From Polyangiales bacterium (GTDB taxonomy: Bacteria; Myxococcota_A; Polyangia; Polyangiales; Polyangiaceae), in NCBI GenBank assembly GCA_038230375.1, contig JBBRNJ010000024.1:32001-96000 (forward strand): a stretch of DNA of 64,000 nt, in the 5' to 3' direction. This document shows positions 1 through 10,281 of this stretch, piece after piece. Both the position numbers and the translations under genes were made by a program. Positions within the stretch are counted from its first letter, which is position 1, and every line of letters starts with the position of its first letter. The notes under the pieces are model-generated. The model was not told the origin of the DNA. It saw only the letters and a program-made list of their open reading frames with translations, and made no database searches.

Positions 1-192
1 GCGCAGATCGCAGAGGCCGCGGACGTTGGTGATGAGGTCGTGCGAGCGGTCGTGGCACAGCTCCATGATCAGGGCATGCTCTCGATCCGGCGCGCGCCTA
101 CTGACTCCGACGTGCGCATGATCCGCCGTCCGAGCGGCGACGAGACGATGGTCATGGAGATGCAGCTGCACCTGCGCGGATCGCGCGCATGA
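1..192 (+). CDS. 3' end of a hypothetical protein (possibly winged-HTH-like), truncated by window edge
   Basis: Open frame from base 1 to TGA at 190-192: AQIAEAADVGDEVVRAVVAQLHDQGML...; convergent with the next gene. Confidence 0.45.
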   Translation, partial: AQIAEAADVGDEVVRAVVAQLHDQGMLSIRRAPTDSDVRMIRRPSGDETMVMEMQLHLRGSRA

Positions 193-205
193 CCCAGAGT
201 CCCTC

Positions 206-1447
206 TCAGAACGACTTCAGATCCGGGAAGAGGCGCTTGGAGATCACGATTCGCTGGATCTGTCCCGTGCCCTCGAAGATGTCGTAGACCTTGATGTCGC
301 GGAACCACTTCTCCAGCAGCTGGTGGTCCTTCTGTAGCGTGCCTTCCACACCGCAGATCTCGATCGCCTCGATGCACGCGCGAATAGAGGCCTGTCCTGC
401 GAGCGCCTTCGACATGCTCGCTTCCTTTGCATTCGGCTGCTCGTTGTCCGCGAGCCAGGCGGCGTGCCATGTGGCCATGCGTGCCGCCTCGAGCTTCTGC
501 CCGATGCGCGCCAGTCGCTCTGCGATCACGGAGTAGCGCGGCGTGTGGCGCGCGAGCGCGTAGTTCGATATCGCGAAGTCGCGCGCGTACTCGTAGGCTG
601 CGCGTCCAATGCCAATGGCCATGGAGGCGACGATCGGCCGCGTGTTGTCGAAGGTCTTCATGGCGGTCATGAAGCCTTCCTTGCTGGCGTAGCTATCCTC
701 GCCGCCCAGCAGGTTCTCGTTGGGGACGCGCACGTCCTCCAGCACCAGCTCCGCGGTCTCGCTTGCGCGCAGGCCCATCTTCTCTTCTATCTTGCCGACG
801 GAGAAGCCGGCCGTGCCTTTCTCCACGACGAACGCGCGGTGTCCTGCGCGCCCGAGCGCGGGGTCCACCGTCGCGAACACCACGTTCCACGACGCGCGCC
901 CGCCGTTGGTGATGAAGCACTTGCGACCATTGAGGACCCAGTGAGAGCCGTCGCGCCTGCAGCTGGTGCGGATGCCCGCGACGTCGCTTCCCGCGCTGGG
1001 CTCCGTGAGCGCATACGCGCCCCATTTCAGCCCTTGCGACATGTCACGGAAGATCGAAAAAAAGCGCTCCTTCTGCTCCGGTGTGCCGGTGCCGCGAACC
1101 GGCGGTCCGCCGAGTCCGGGGCCGGGCAGGCACAAGAGCAACGCGGCATCGCCCCATGACAGCTCCTCTGCGGAGAGCACGGTGCTCACCATCGCGGTGG
1201 ACGCCTTTTTTGCGCCCTCCGCGGGCTTCTCGCCCTCCGACGTGGCCGCGCCAAGGCCTTGCACGCCCCATGCGCCGGCCGGGCCGCCCATGGACGCGGC
1301 CATCATGACGAAGCGCGAAAGGAACTCGTCCGGGATGCCGTGCGCGCGGTCCCACGCAAGGGACTGCGGCCGGATCACGTTCCTGGCGAAGCCGTGGATC
1401 ATGTCGCGGAGATCGCGCTGACGACTGGAAATGCTGAAGTCGATCAT
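206..1447 (-). CDS. Acyl-CoA dehydrogenase
   Basis: ALTEPSAGSD, NGRKCFITNG, KMGLRASET and YDIFEGTGQIQR ACAD motifs. Confidence 0.95.
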   Translation of the reverse strand: MIDFSISSRQRDLRDMIHGFARNVIRPQSLAWDRAHGIPDEFLSRFVMMAASMGGPAGAWGVQGLGAATSEGEKPAEGAKKASTAMVSTVLSAEELSWGDAALLLCLPGPGLGGPPVRGTGTPEQKERFFSIFRDMSQGLKWGAYALTEPSAGSDVAGIRTSCRRDGSHWVLNGRKCFITNGGRASWNVVFATVDPALGRAGHRAFVVEKGTAGFSVGKIEEKMGLRASETAELVLEDVRVPNENLLGGEDSYASKEGFMTAMKTFDNTRPIVASMAIGIGRAAYEYARDFAISNYALARHTPRYSVIAERLARIGQKLEAARMATWHAAWLADNEQPNAKEASMSKALAGQASIRACIEAIEICGVEGTLQKDHQLLEKWFRDIKVYDIFEGTGQIQRIVISKRLFPDLKSF

Positions 1448-1461
1448 CTTCTCTGTTCCCT

Positions 1462-2658
1462 TCAGATGAGCGCGGACTGAGATTCGGCGTTGGGGAGGAC
1501 CAGACCAAGATCGATCGGGCGTCCGAGCTCGATGGCGGCCGCGAGCTGATCGGCGCAGCCTGCGGGCATTGCGCAGAGCTGCAGTTGCTTCGCGTCGCGC
1601 ATCATCTTCTCCACGGGGTAGTCGCGCATGAAGCCAGCGCCTCCGTGCAACTGCACGGCGTCGTCACCACAGCGCATCGCCGCTTCGAGCGCGTGGCTCA
1701 CGGCGAATGCGGACGTTCGGAGCGCATCGTTCTCTGGGACCTTCGCGTCCCACATCCATGCGGCCCGCAGGACCATGGCCGCAGATGCAGCCGCATCCAT
1801 CGATCGATCCGCGACGTTGAACGCGACCGCCTGGAAATGCGCGACCGGCTTTCCGAACGCCTTCCGCATCTCCACGTACTCGCGCGTGACGTCCACGGCC
1901 GTACGCGACAGGCCCACCGCGCGCGCAGCGTTGATGAGCGCGTTCTTCACGAAGAAGCGCACCGTGGCGGCGTTGAAGTCGCCGTTGCCCGAAAGGCGCG
2001 CGGCCTCGGTCACGGTCACGTCGGTGAGCGTGATGCCGGAGATGCTTGCGACATCCAGCCCGAGCGACACCTCTCTTGCGCCGATCGCCACGCCCTTTGC
2101 ATTCTTCGGAACGATGAACGCGGCAAGCCCGTTCCACCCCGCCGCCTCATCGATCTGCGCGAAGACGATGAACGCGCTCGCGCGGTCCGCATTGAGCACG
2201 TAGCTCTTCACGCCGTTGATGCGGTAGCCGTCGCCGTCGCGCGTGGCGGTCGTGCACAGACCGGGGCGATCCGCATGTGCCCTGCTTTCTCCCCATGCCA
2301 CAGCGCCAAAGCCGCCTTCGAGCGCAGCGATCGCCCGCGCCGCTTGCTCCTCCGTGCCCAGCTCCACAGCCGCCAGACCGAACGCGCCGGGCCCGCGCAG
2401 TCCGAAGGCCGCCGCCGCATCGCCCATGGCAAGCTCCTGCTCGAGCAACACGGCGGTCGCAAGCCCAAGGCCCGCGCCACCGCACGACTCGGGGATCGCG
2501 ATCATGGAGAGCCCCATGTCCGCCGCGATCTTCTGCAGATCGTCCGGGATGGCGCGCGCCTGCTCCGTCTCGCGCATGCGCGCGCGAAGCGTCTTCGCGA
2601 ATCCGCGAGCGGCATCCTGCATCATGCGTTGGTCTTCGGATGGTTCGAACGAGATCAT
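1462..2658 (-). CDS. Acyl-CoA dehydrogenase (partner of the adjacent ACAD)
   Basis: MISFEPSEDQ start; RKAFGKPVAHFQAV and QLHGGAGFMRDYPVEKMMRDAK; start could be 2685. Confidence 0.9.
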   Translation of the reverse strand: MISFEPSEDQRMMQDAARGFAKTLRARMRETEQARAIPDDLQKIAADMGLSMIAIPESCGGAGLGLATAVLLEQELAMGDAAAAFGLRGPGAFGLAAVELGTEEQAARAIAALEGGFGAVAWGESRAHADRPGLCTTATRDGDGYRINGVKSYVLNADRASAFIVFAQIDEAAGWNGLAAFIVPKNAKGVAIGAREVSLGLDVASISGITLTDVTVTEAARLSGNGDFNAATVRFFVKNALINAARAVGLSRTAVDVTREYVEMRKAFGKPVAHFQAVAFNVADRSMDAAASAAMVLRAAWMWDAKVPENDALRTSAFAVSHALEAAMRCGDDAVQLHGGAGFMRDYPVEKMMRDAKQLQLCAMPAGCADQLAAAIELGRPIDLGLVLPNAESQSALI

Positions 2659-2801
2659 GTCAGCCTCCGGATACTTCGGAGGCATATGTTTCGCGTACGA
2701 AACAATCGCCGTCAAGCCCCGCGATGACCTATTTTTCTCCTGCCCGCGTCGAAGCACCTGCCAAAGATGAATTGCATCCCTGGAGGTGTCGTACCCAGGT
2801 C

Positions 2802-3983
2802 ATGCATTCTCGTCGACTCGTCGTGCTCTCCGCGCTCGTGCTCCTTGCATCGTGCTCGCTCCAGATCCCCACCGGCAAGGGCGGCGCTGGTACCAACGGC
2901 TCCGCGTCGAGCGCTGGCACCCAGGGTGACAACGGCGCCGCATCAGGCTCGAACGGCGGACCGAACGGCGGGGCGAACGGGTCCGCGCCCTCCACGGCGA
3001 CGTTTCCACTCGTGACACCGCCCGTCAAAGCAGCCGCGCCGCGGGGCTTCGGCGGCGCGACGGGAGGGAGTCACGCGACGCCGTTCCATCCGGGTCGCTT
3101 TCTCACGCTCGACACGAACGACATCCGGAGCCGCTTCTTCTCCATGGGGCCCACGAACGTCTACGGTCTGCTCGGCTCGATCGACGATCGGATCCAGGGC
3201 TACAACATGCGCACGCAGAACGGCGGCCCCGCGTGCATGCAGGCGGAGCCGGTCGCGTACACGATTCATCCGTTCGGCACCGACGTTTCGTTCTACGCGC
3301 AGTGCGTCGACAAGATCGGCTCGAGCAACCCGGCGGATCCGGGCTTCATCCAGTTCGGCACGAAGGATGGCGTCGTCTACTACTACTCCGCGGTCGGAGC
3401 AGGATGGACGGCAGCGATCCTCACGCCCAACGCGCCCGCGCCGACCGATGCGGGCCCTCCGGCCACGACCTATCGTGTCCACGCGTGGTCGGGTGTCGGC
3501 TACCTCAACGCCGACGGGTGTGGGAACAAAGGTGCGTTCGACGATTGCTCCTACGGCGTGATCGAGCTCGTGGCCGACGCAAGCACTGCGACGTTCGAGA
3601 TGGCCGTCGCGGGCATCGGCTTCGGCTATTGCGGCGCGCAGCTCAAGTCGAACGGAACGCTCGTGTACGGCGTTGGCTCGACCGACATGGGGCAGACGTG
3701 CAATGCGCAGGGCACGTTCTGTGTCCAGGCGAGCGACGTCATGACGTCCGCGACTTGCGATGGCGACGACGTGCAGATGCTCACCCTCACACCGCTCGGT
3801 CGCCGTGAGTCAATCGGCTCTGGCCTTGCGCATCTCGCGAGTGGCATCGACGGCGGTGTGGCGTGGGGTGCAAGCCAGTATCCTGGCTCTGACGCGAACC
3901 AGGTAGTGCTGGACGGCACCGGAGCCGATTCCCTGCGATTCGGTCCAACGTCACCCACGGCGGGCGTCGGCTCCTTCCACTGA
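2802..3983 (+). CDS. Lipoprotein, hypothetical
   Basis: Signal peptide with lipobox LLASC, Gly/Ser linker, Cys-containing globular domain. Confidence 0.75.
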   Translation: MHSRRLVVLSALVLLASCSLQIPTGKGGAGTNGSASSAGTQGDNGAASGSNGGPNGGANGSAPSTATFPLVTPPVKAAAPRGFGGATGGSHATPFHPGRFLTLDTNDIRSRFFSMGPTNVYGLLGSIDDRIQGYNMRTQNGGPACMQAEPVAYTIHPFGTDVSFYAQCVDKIGSSNPADPGFIQFGTKDGVVYYYSAVGAGWTAAILTPNAPAPTDAGPPATTYRVHAWSGVGYLNADGCGNKGAFDDCSYGVIELVADASTATFEMAVAGIGFGYCGAQLKSNGTLVYGVGSTDMGQTCNAQGTFCVQASDVMTSATCDGDDVQMLTLTPLGRRESIGSGLAHLASGIDGGVAWGASQYPGSDANQVVLDGTGADSLRFGPTSPTAGVGSFH

Positions 3984-3992
3984 ACCAGCCGA

Positions 3993-5096
3993 CTACTGCT
4001 TCGTATACGTGATGACGATGCCGTCGCCCGGTGTCGCGGCGGCAAAGCCCAGTCCAGTCACCAGCGTCGTGGCCGTTGCGCTGTAAGACATGGAGGTGGA
4101 CTGCGAGGTCGGGCACGATTGGGTTTGCACGAACGTCGTCCCCGACACGTGGTAGCTGCCCGTCGACGCCTTCGTCTTGCCATCCGAGCTGTTCATGCTG
4201 ACACCTGAATAGGTGGTTGTATTCAGATGGAGCGTGGTCGTGAACGAGACTCCAACCACGGTGCTCGCCGCGCTGCCAAATCCCTCGACCTTCGTCGCCA
4301 CGTACACACCGGTCGCGATCGGGGTACCAGCGAAGGTCGGCAGCGTCGTGCCCGCTACTCCCACGACCGCCGTGGCCACTTGAGCCTTGGACGTGAGCCC
4401 GCAGTCGAGCCGCGTGGGCAGCCCGCCGCACATGAACACGGCGTTGCTGCGCTCCGAGCTGCACGTCGACAAGTGGGTCGTTAGCTGGGACGAGCACGCT
4501 GCCTTGCCGGCCTTCACCTTGGTCAGGGTGGAGCAAGCGCCCGCATACGCCTTCTTCCTGCAGCTCTGATAGCTGCTGGCGGTCGCGCAGCCCGTGCACG
4601 TGTCTTCGGCGCACAGCTCCTGGATGCCGTACGCATCCGAGCACGACTGGCTTTCACCGGCCGCGCGGAGGCAATCCCAGTTGTTGAGGAAGGAGTAGTT
4701 GGGAAACTTCGACTCGACGGTGACTGCCCATGACGAGGCGCTCTGCGAGCTGGGCCCGATACATTCGCTGCAGCCGGGGCTGTTCAGACCGGAGGTCGGA
4801 TCCGCGATGACCGCGTCGACATCTGCGTCGCTGCACTGGCTCGAACGCGTCTTCGGCGGCGGCGGGGTGCGCGCCGTTGCATCGGTCACGGTGGCCGGGC
4901 ATGTCGCGCCCGCCTTCCCCGCGTCGGAGCCGTCATCCGGCGCGGACGGCGCAACGTGTTCGGTGGACGTGCTACCTGGGGTCGTCGTGTCCGAAGGTGC
5001 TGCCGAGCACGCAGCTGACGCGATGGGTATGGCGAACGCGGCCGTGAGGAGCGCTCCGGAGCGAGCAAGAGCGCGAAGCGCGGAAGCTGTCACCAT
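3993..5096 (-). CDS. Secreted Cys-rich lipoprotein, hypothetical
   Basis: MVTASALRALARSGALLTAAFAIPIASAAC signal; Cys-rich middle; Thr-rich beta C-terminus. Confidence 0.7.
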   Translation of the reverse strand: MVTASALRALARSGALLTAAFAIPIASAACSAAPSDTTTPGSTSTEHVAPSAPDDGSDAGKAGATCPATVTDATARTPPPPKTRSSQCSDADVDAVIADPTSGLNSPGCSECIGPSSQSASSWAVTVESKFPNYSFLNNWDCLRAAGESQSCSDAYGIQELCAEDTCTGCATASSYQSCRKKAYAGACSTLTKVKAGKAACSSQLTTHLSTCSSERSNAVFMCGGLPTRLDCGLTSKAQVATAVVGVAGTTLPTFAGTPIATGVYVATKVEGFGSAASTVVGVSFTTTLHLNTTTYSGVSMNSSDGKTKASTGSYHVSGTTFVQTQSCPTSQSTSMSYSATATTLVTGLGFAAATPGDGIVITYTKQ

Positions 5097-5196
5097 GGCG
5101 GGTGGTATACGCCATGTATCCCATTGGGCAAGGAGAAATCCTTCAGCATTGACCTGGGTGCCGGTCACCGCGATGCTGGCCTCTGGAGGTCCGCCC

Positions 5197-5703
5197 ATGG
5201 AACGAGGAATCAACAACGCGCATCTGGCACGCAAGGATGTGCTCTGCCCCAGGGACAAGTCGGCGCTGCACAAGCACGAGGCGGGTGAAGCCCAGCTCGA
5301 TGTCTGCGGGAAGTGCGAAGGCCAGTTCTTCGACTCCGGGGAGATGTTCTCGGCGTTCGGCATCAAGGCGGACCCTTCGTACTGGGATCGCGCGGAGACG
5401 GGCGGCACGGTGAAGAACAGCGACATCCACTGCCCGCTGTGCAGCACCGTCATGCTCCTGCAGGCCATCAAGTACGAGGACAAGAGCGTCGACATCGATC
5501 GCTGCGGTAGTTGCGGCGGCATCTGGCTGGACAAGGGAGAGGTCGACACCATCATGGCGATCAGCGACCAGATGCAGCCGCTGGTCGACGCCGAGATCGC
5601 GAAGGCGAAGGCTGAGCTCGACAAGATGGGCATGCCAGACTTCACCGCGCCGGGTCTGATGGGCCGCTTCTTCAGCCTCTTCAAGAAGAAGCCGAAGCTC
5701 TGA
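5197..5703 (+). CDS. zf-TFIIB-type tandem zinc-ribbon protein
   Basis: CPRD...CGKCEGQFFDSGE and CPLC...IDRCGSCGGIWLDKGE. Confidence 0.85.
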   Translation: MERGINNAHLARKDVLCPRDKSALHKHEAGEAQLDVCGKCEGQFFDSGEMFSAFGIKADPSYWDRAETGGTVKNSDIHCPLCSTVMLLQAIKYEDKSVDIDRCGSCGGIWLDKGEVDTIMAISDQMQPLVDAEIAKAKAELDKMGMPDFTAPGLMGRFFSLFKKKPKL

Positions 5704-5727
5704 AACGAAGAGTCACGGCGCGACGAA

Positions 5728-6480
5728 ATGAAGACAACTGCCCCATGGGCTGCGCTCTGCATGACATTGCTGGTCGCCTGCGGCGGAGGAGGGCCCCCGC
5801 TGGCGCCGGTGGCGAAGGACTTCGAGCCGGCGCCCGTCACGCCGACTATCGCCGCTGACGCCATCCCCGAAGAAGCCGAGGTGTTCGTCTCGACGAGTGA
5901 CGACGCGGTCATTCGTTGGGTCGAGGAACACGCCGGCGCGGCGCTTGCTCGTGGCTCGCGTGAGGCTCTGGCGCATCACCCCGGGGAGCCAGGTCGCTAC
6001 TGGCTCTCGCGCGTTGGCAGGGGGGGCGACACCAAGGTGGTGTTCGTGCTGAGGCGCGTGTCGGATACGCGCGCGGTGATCTTCGCGACGTCCGATGATC
6101 TGCTGGTTCCGTCGGTGTCATGGGTCGGGCTTGCGTTGAACGTGCGTAGCGCGAACGGCGACGAGCTGAAGGCGTGGCAACGCGAGATGGCACGGCGAAT
6201 CGCAACAAAACGTCGGGCGACGGGCATCGTTGTCTTCCCGAACGGCAACGCGCAAGCCGTCATCCTGGACGAGCAACCTGACGAGCGCGCGGCGGGCGAC
6301 ATCCAGCTCGTGGCAAGGCGTCGCTTCATGAAGGCGGGCACCTTCGACCCAAACGTGTGGGGGCCGCGGATCGCCGTCGACAACGAGGCTCGCGTCGTCA
6401 CGTCGAAGGCCGGCACACACGACGGAATCTCCGTGAGCGACATGATGAAGCGCGCACCCGCACCCGCCGCGCCGCCGTGA
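5728..6480 (+). CDS. Lipoprotein, hypothetical
   Basis: Lipobox LLVAC; ORF lies in a co-directional run. Confidence 0.65.
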   Translation: MKTTAPWAALCMTLLVACGGGGPPLAPVAKDFEPAPVTPTIAADAIPEEAEVFVSTSDDAVIRWVEEHAGAALARGSREALAHHPGEPGRYWLSRVGRGGDTKVVFVLRRVSDTRAVIFATSDDLLVPSVSWVGLALNVRSANGDELKAWQREMARRIATKRRATGIVVFPNGNAQAVILDEQPDERAAGDIQLVARRRFMKAGTFDPNVWGPRIAVDNEARVVTSKAGTHDGISVSDMMKRAPAPAAPP

Positions 6481-6586
6481 CTCGCGCGCGCGGGCATGCA
6501 CCTTTGTATCTCACTCTCGTTGGTGACGGCGTCGAACTCGCACGACACGCCGTAGCGGCCGCTGGTGTTGTATGCGCCTTCGCGCG

Positions 6587-7264
6587 ATGCTGCGTCTCAT
6601 GTCAACGCAGAGACTCGTTGCCGCAGTGATGGCCGCTGGCGTGAGCGGCGCCCTCACGGATGCGGGTTTCGTCCGGAAGGCTCTCGTGTTTCGGAGGCCT
6701 GCGGCGGAGGGCGCCACGAACGTGGTGGAGGTGTTGGTCGCGCGCGCTCGCACCGCTGGTGAGGCCGAGATCGTGCTGAACCTGGGCACCTACCTTCCCG
6801 CAGTGGAGGCGGTTCTCCACGCGCGGAAGATCAAGGCGCCGGGTGAGTCCGAGGGTACGGTCCGCACCCGCGTCGGCCCACCTGGCAAGAAGCGCGATCC
6901 GTGGTGGCGCGTGGTGCCTGGCAAGGAGGCGAACGTGGCGTCGCGCGTCGTCGCCGCGATCGAGGACGGCGTGCTTCCGTGGTTCGCAGTGACGAGCGAT
7001 CTGGGCGCACTCAACACCGCAGTCGAGCGGGAGCTGACGGAGGCGTTCTGGATGCAAAACAGACTCGCGCCCGCCGCGATCGCGCTCTGCCTGGGCAAGA
7101 AGACGCTCGCGAAGAAGCGCGTGCGTGCGGTGGAGACATCGATCCGCGCGACGCTCGCCGAGCGTGCAGCAGAGTTCGGCAAGCGCGATCCTTTTGGCAG
7201 CGACGTGCTGAAGCTCGTGGTCCGCCTGCGCAATGAGCACGCGCTTGGCGAGCGACCGAAGTGA
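6587..7264 (+). CDS. Hypothetical protein, DUF4304-like
   Basis: LTDAGFVRKALVFRR...IVLNLG...VRTRVG...WW...VLPWF pattern recalls DUF4304; start uncertain. Confidence 0.55.
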   Translation: MLRLMSTQRLVAAVMAAGVSGALTDAGFVRKALVFRRPAAEGATNVVEVLVARARTAGEAEIVLNLGTYLPAVEAVLHARKIKAPGESEGTVRTRVGPPGKKRDPWWRVVPGKEANVASRVVAAIEDGVLPWFAVTSDLGALNTAVERELTEAFWMQNRLAPAAIALCLGKKTLAKKRVRAVETSIRATLAERAAEFGKRDPFGSDVLKLVVRLRNEHALGERPK

Positions 7265-7270
7265 CGTGGT

Positions 7271-7918
7271 ATGCTGAAGAGCAAGGAGCTCGAGGCAGTG
7301 AGCGATCCCTACCGTAGTCCCGACGAACGCGCTTCCGCCGAGGCCGCCGCAAATCCGGCGAAGCCGTGGGAGCTCCGCACCTGGACGTCCGACCGTTTGT
7401 GCCCGGTCTGCAGTGTTGCGCTCTTTGCCGCGGAGAAGGACGGATATCGCATCGACGCGTGCGGCTCCTGCGGCGGCTCGTGGATGTCGCACGCGCACGC
7501 CAGAATGATGATCGACGGCGGCGCGAAGGCGCCAATCGAGCTCGCGCGGATGACCGAGTCGATCTTGCCGCGCGCCGCAACGACCAGCGAGCGACGGTGT
7601 CCGGACTGCCAGCAGCCGCTCGAACGGGAGGTGATCGCGGAGGTCTCTATCGACGTGTGCGACGCCCACGGCACGTGGTTCGATCCGCGCGAACTCGAAC
7701 AGGTCGCCACAGCCCTCATCCGTGACTACGGCCCAGCCGCGCGACAGGCCGCGGCGAATGCCGAGGAGGCAGAGCAGCGCAGGAAAGAGGAGGGCACGAT
7801 CGACGCTGGTCGCATCGCCATGGGAGTCGCCAGCCTGTCACTCGGCTTGATCGGAGCCGCGCTGGGCTCGCCGACCGAGCAGACAGACATCCTCGGCAAT
7901 GTGATCCGCAGGCGCTGA
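7271..7918 (+). CDS. zf-TFIIB-type tandem zinc-ribbon protein
   Basis: CPVC...IDACGSCGGSW and CPDC...IDVCDAHGTWFDPREL. Confidence 0.8.
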   Translation: MLKSKELEAVSDPYRSPDERASAEAAANPAKPWELRTWTSDRLCPVCSVALFAAEKDGYRIDACGSCGGSWMSHAHARMMIDGGAKAPIELARMTESILPRAATTSERRCPDCQQPLEREVIAEVSIDVCDAHGTWFDPRELEQVATALIRDYGPAARQAAANAEEAEQRRKEEGTIDAGRIAMGVASLSLGLIGAALGSPTEQTDILGNVIRRR

Positions 7919-7962
7919 CGCGCGGCTCAGCTCTGCTTCGGAGCCGCCGCCAGCCATGGGTG

Positions 7963-9384
7963 TCAGTCCTGATGATCCGACGCGGGCTTCGCGTGGCGTG
8001 AGCCGACGAACTCGACCAGCTTGCCGAGCTCATCTGCATTGAGCGTGCTCGCGAACGCTGGCATGTTCGTGCCGCCGTTGGAGATGCGGATCGTGATCTG
8101 CTCCTTCGTGAGAAGGTCGCCGATGTGAGACAGATTGGGGCCGCGGCGCCCGCCGTGTCCGTCGATGAGATGACATGCGAGGCAACCCTTGTCGTGGAAG
8201 AGGATCGCCCCCTCTGCGACGGGCCCGCTCGTGGTCCCGACGATGTCAGCAGTGAGGCGCGGCTCTTCGAAGTTGGGTGCCCATGACGATCGCGCACCGA
8301 CGATCCAGAGCGAGCCGATCATCACAACCGTCATGACGACGATGACGACCGCCCACGGACGGCGCCGCACGCTGCGCTCTCCCTTGTTCGACAGGAGTGG
8401 CAGCAGCAAGATTCCGCCGATGACCGGCGGCGCAAGCAGGATGAGGGCGGTCTCGAGCGACGCCGGGCAGAGCGAGAGCACCGCGAAATACCAGAGCAGG
8501 TACCAGTCGGGGCGCGGCGCTGCGTTCGTGAGGCTCGGATCCGGGGGCAGGCCAATTTCCGGCGGCCCGATGAAGACCGCGAGCAGGACGATCCCGAAGA
8601 GCATGGCCACGCCGAAGACGGCATCGCGCCACGCAGCGTCCGGCCAGAACGGCACGCCGTCCTTCTTCAGGTGTGCCTTGTACTTCTTCCGGTACGTCTT
8701 CGGATCGACCGGATCGCCCGGCGTGGGCGGCTCCGAGATGCCATGCCTCATGACGAGCATCAGGTGCAGCCCGACGAACGCGAAGATCACCGCGGGGATG
8801 AGAAAGACGTGGATCGCGAAGAAGCGACTCAACGTTGCGCCGCCGACCGTGTCACCACCAAGGATGAAACGCGCCATCGGCTCACCGATGACCGGCATGC
8901 GGCCCGCTTGCTCCGCGCCGACTACGACGGACCACGTGGCGTTCTGATCCCACCGCAGCAGCTGCCCGGTGAAGCCCATCCCGAGCGTGCACGCGAGGAG
9001 CAGCACACCAGAGAGCCAGTTCATCTCGCGCGGGAACTTGAACGAGCCGGACAGGAACACCTGCCCCATGTGGAGGCCCACCATGAGCACCATCGCCGAT
9101 GCGCCGAAATAGTGCATCCCGCGCATCACGCGGCCGAAGGGCGCCTCGTTGGTGATGAAGAGGAGCGTTTCGTACGCCTGTGAGGAAGAGGCGATGTACG
9201 AGAACGCGAGCGTCACGCCGGTCACGACCTGCACCATGAACGCGAGGAGCGTCGCGCTCCCGAACACGTACCACCAGCGCGCGCCGCGCGGCACGGGGTG
9301 CTGCATGATCGGCTTCACCATCGCAGTGATGCCCACGCGGTCGTCGACCGTGGCCCAGACGCTCTTGAGTAGACGCTTCACCAT
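7963..9384 (-). CDS. qcrB: Cytochrome b of a bc-type complex, with fused subunit IV-like part and C-terminal monoheme cytochrome c
   Basis: [29 protein letters not shown], Qo motif PDWY, C-terminal CLACH...GPNL...MPAF. Confidence 0.93.
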   Translation of the reverse strand: MVKRLLKSVWATVDDRVGITAMVKPIMQHPVPRGARWWYVFGSATLLAFMVQVVTGVTLAFSYIASSSQAYETLLFITNEAPFGRVMRGMHYFGASAMVLMVGLHMGQVFLSGSFKFPREMNWLSGVLLLACTLGMGFTGQLLRWDQNATWSVVVGAEQAGRMPVIGEPMARFILGGDTVGGATLSRFFAIHVFLIPAVIFAFVGLHLMLVMRHGISEPPTPGDPVDPKTYRKKYKAHLKKDGVPFWPDAAWRDAVFGVAMLFGIVLLAVFIGPPEIGLPPDPSLTNAAPRPDWYLLWYFAVLSLCPASLETALILLAPPVIGGILLLPLLSNKGERSVRRRPWAVVIVVMTVVMIGSLWIVGARSSWAPNFEEPRLTADIVGTTSGPVAEGAILFHDKGCLACHLIDGHGGRRGPNLSHIGDLLTKEQITIRISNGGTNMPAFASTLNADELGKLVEFVGSRHAKPASDHQD

Positions 9385-9386
9385 GG

Positions 9387-10001
9387 TCAGCCGATCGGGA
9401 TGGGGTCAGTGCGGATCTCGACCTGCCCGTCGGTCACACGCACCGGATATTGCGGCAGCGCGTGCGGCGGCGGCCCCGCGGCGACCGAGCCGTCCTGGTA
9501 GTAGACGCCACCGTGACAGGGACACATGAAGAGCTTCGCCTCCGCCATCCAGCGAACCGGGCAGCCAAGATGCGCGCAGTTGACCGAGAACGCCTCGAAC
9601 TCCGTCTCGCTCACGCGCCGAAGCCACGCGGCAGTCTTCGAGGTCACGCCGGCCCATGGGAGCGGCGATGCGTCGATGAAGACGACGTTCACGGTCTCCC
9701 CGATCTTGAACTGCTCGAGCTTGCCGACGGCGCGCCACTCGCGCGGAGCCTTGCGGAAGAGCGGAGCAACGATGAAGCCAACGACCGGGACGCCAAGGGC
9801 AACGCCGCCCGCAACGCCGAGCGCCACGCTCATTTTTCCAAGCAGCTGACGGCGCGCGATCGTATCCGCAGACGCCGGAGGTGCCTCGACGTGCTCGTTC
9901 TCGTGCTCGTCGTCGTGCTCGTGCTCGTGCTCGTTCTCGTCCTCTTGACCGTCCTTCTTGGACGCGTCCTCTTTTGCGTCCTCAGGAGTGCTTTGCTTCA
10001 T
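9387..10001 (-). CDS. qcrA: Rieske 2Fe-2S subunit of the bc complex
   Basis: CAHLGC and CPCHGGVY boxes; Tat-like ARRQLL plus TM helix; GPPP motif. Confidence 0.93.
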   Translation of the reverse strand: MKQSTPEDAKEDASKKDGQEDENEHEHEHDDEHENEHVEAPPASADTIARRQLLGKMSVALGVAGGVALGVPVVGFIVAPLFRKAPREWRAVGKLEQFKIGETVNVVFIDASPLPWAGVTSKTAAWLRRVSETEFEAFSVNCAHLGCPVRWMAEAKLFMCPCHGGVYYQDGSVAAGPPPHALPQYPVRVTDGQVEIRTDPIPIG

Positions 10002-10281
10002 GACGCATCTCTCCAATCCAACCGGTGAGCGAGGTGATGACAACGGCAAGGCCGACGAGGATGAGCACCATCGACGTGATGAAACCCCAGAAGAGCAGCG
10101 TCGTTCCGAACGCGAGCCCCATGGGCCAGAACGAAGGCTGTGGAATGAGCGCGGGGCGCGGATCGCCCCAGTCGTCGCGCGCCTCCGGCTTCGCGGACTC
10201 GGGCTCTTTCGCCGCCGGCTTCGCGGACTCGGGCTCTTTCGACTCCGGCTCGTTCGCCTCTTTCGCGTCCGGCTCGCTCAT
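9982..10281 (-). CDS. Small membrane protein, cytochrome c oxidase subunit 4 (CtaF)-like
   Basis: PQPSFWPMGLAFG plus two TM helices and GWIGE; sits between ctaG and the Rieske gene with overlapping start/stop. Confidence 0.7.
   Translation of the reverse strand: MSEPDAKEANEPESKEPESAKPAAKEPESAKPEARDDWGDPRPALIPQPSFWPMGLAFGTTLLFWGFITSMVLILVGLAVVITSLTGWIGEMRHEAKHS
10185..10250. repeat. 30-bp tandem duplication (about 2.2 copies) encoding KEPESAKP
   Basis: ccggcttcgcggactcgggctctttcg at 10185 and 10215. Confidence 0.85.

Noticed and set aside
7922..7947. GCGGCTC...GAGCCGC hairpin between convergent genes
   Set aside because: Short stem, long loop and no U-tract; could be chance in GC-rich DNA.
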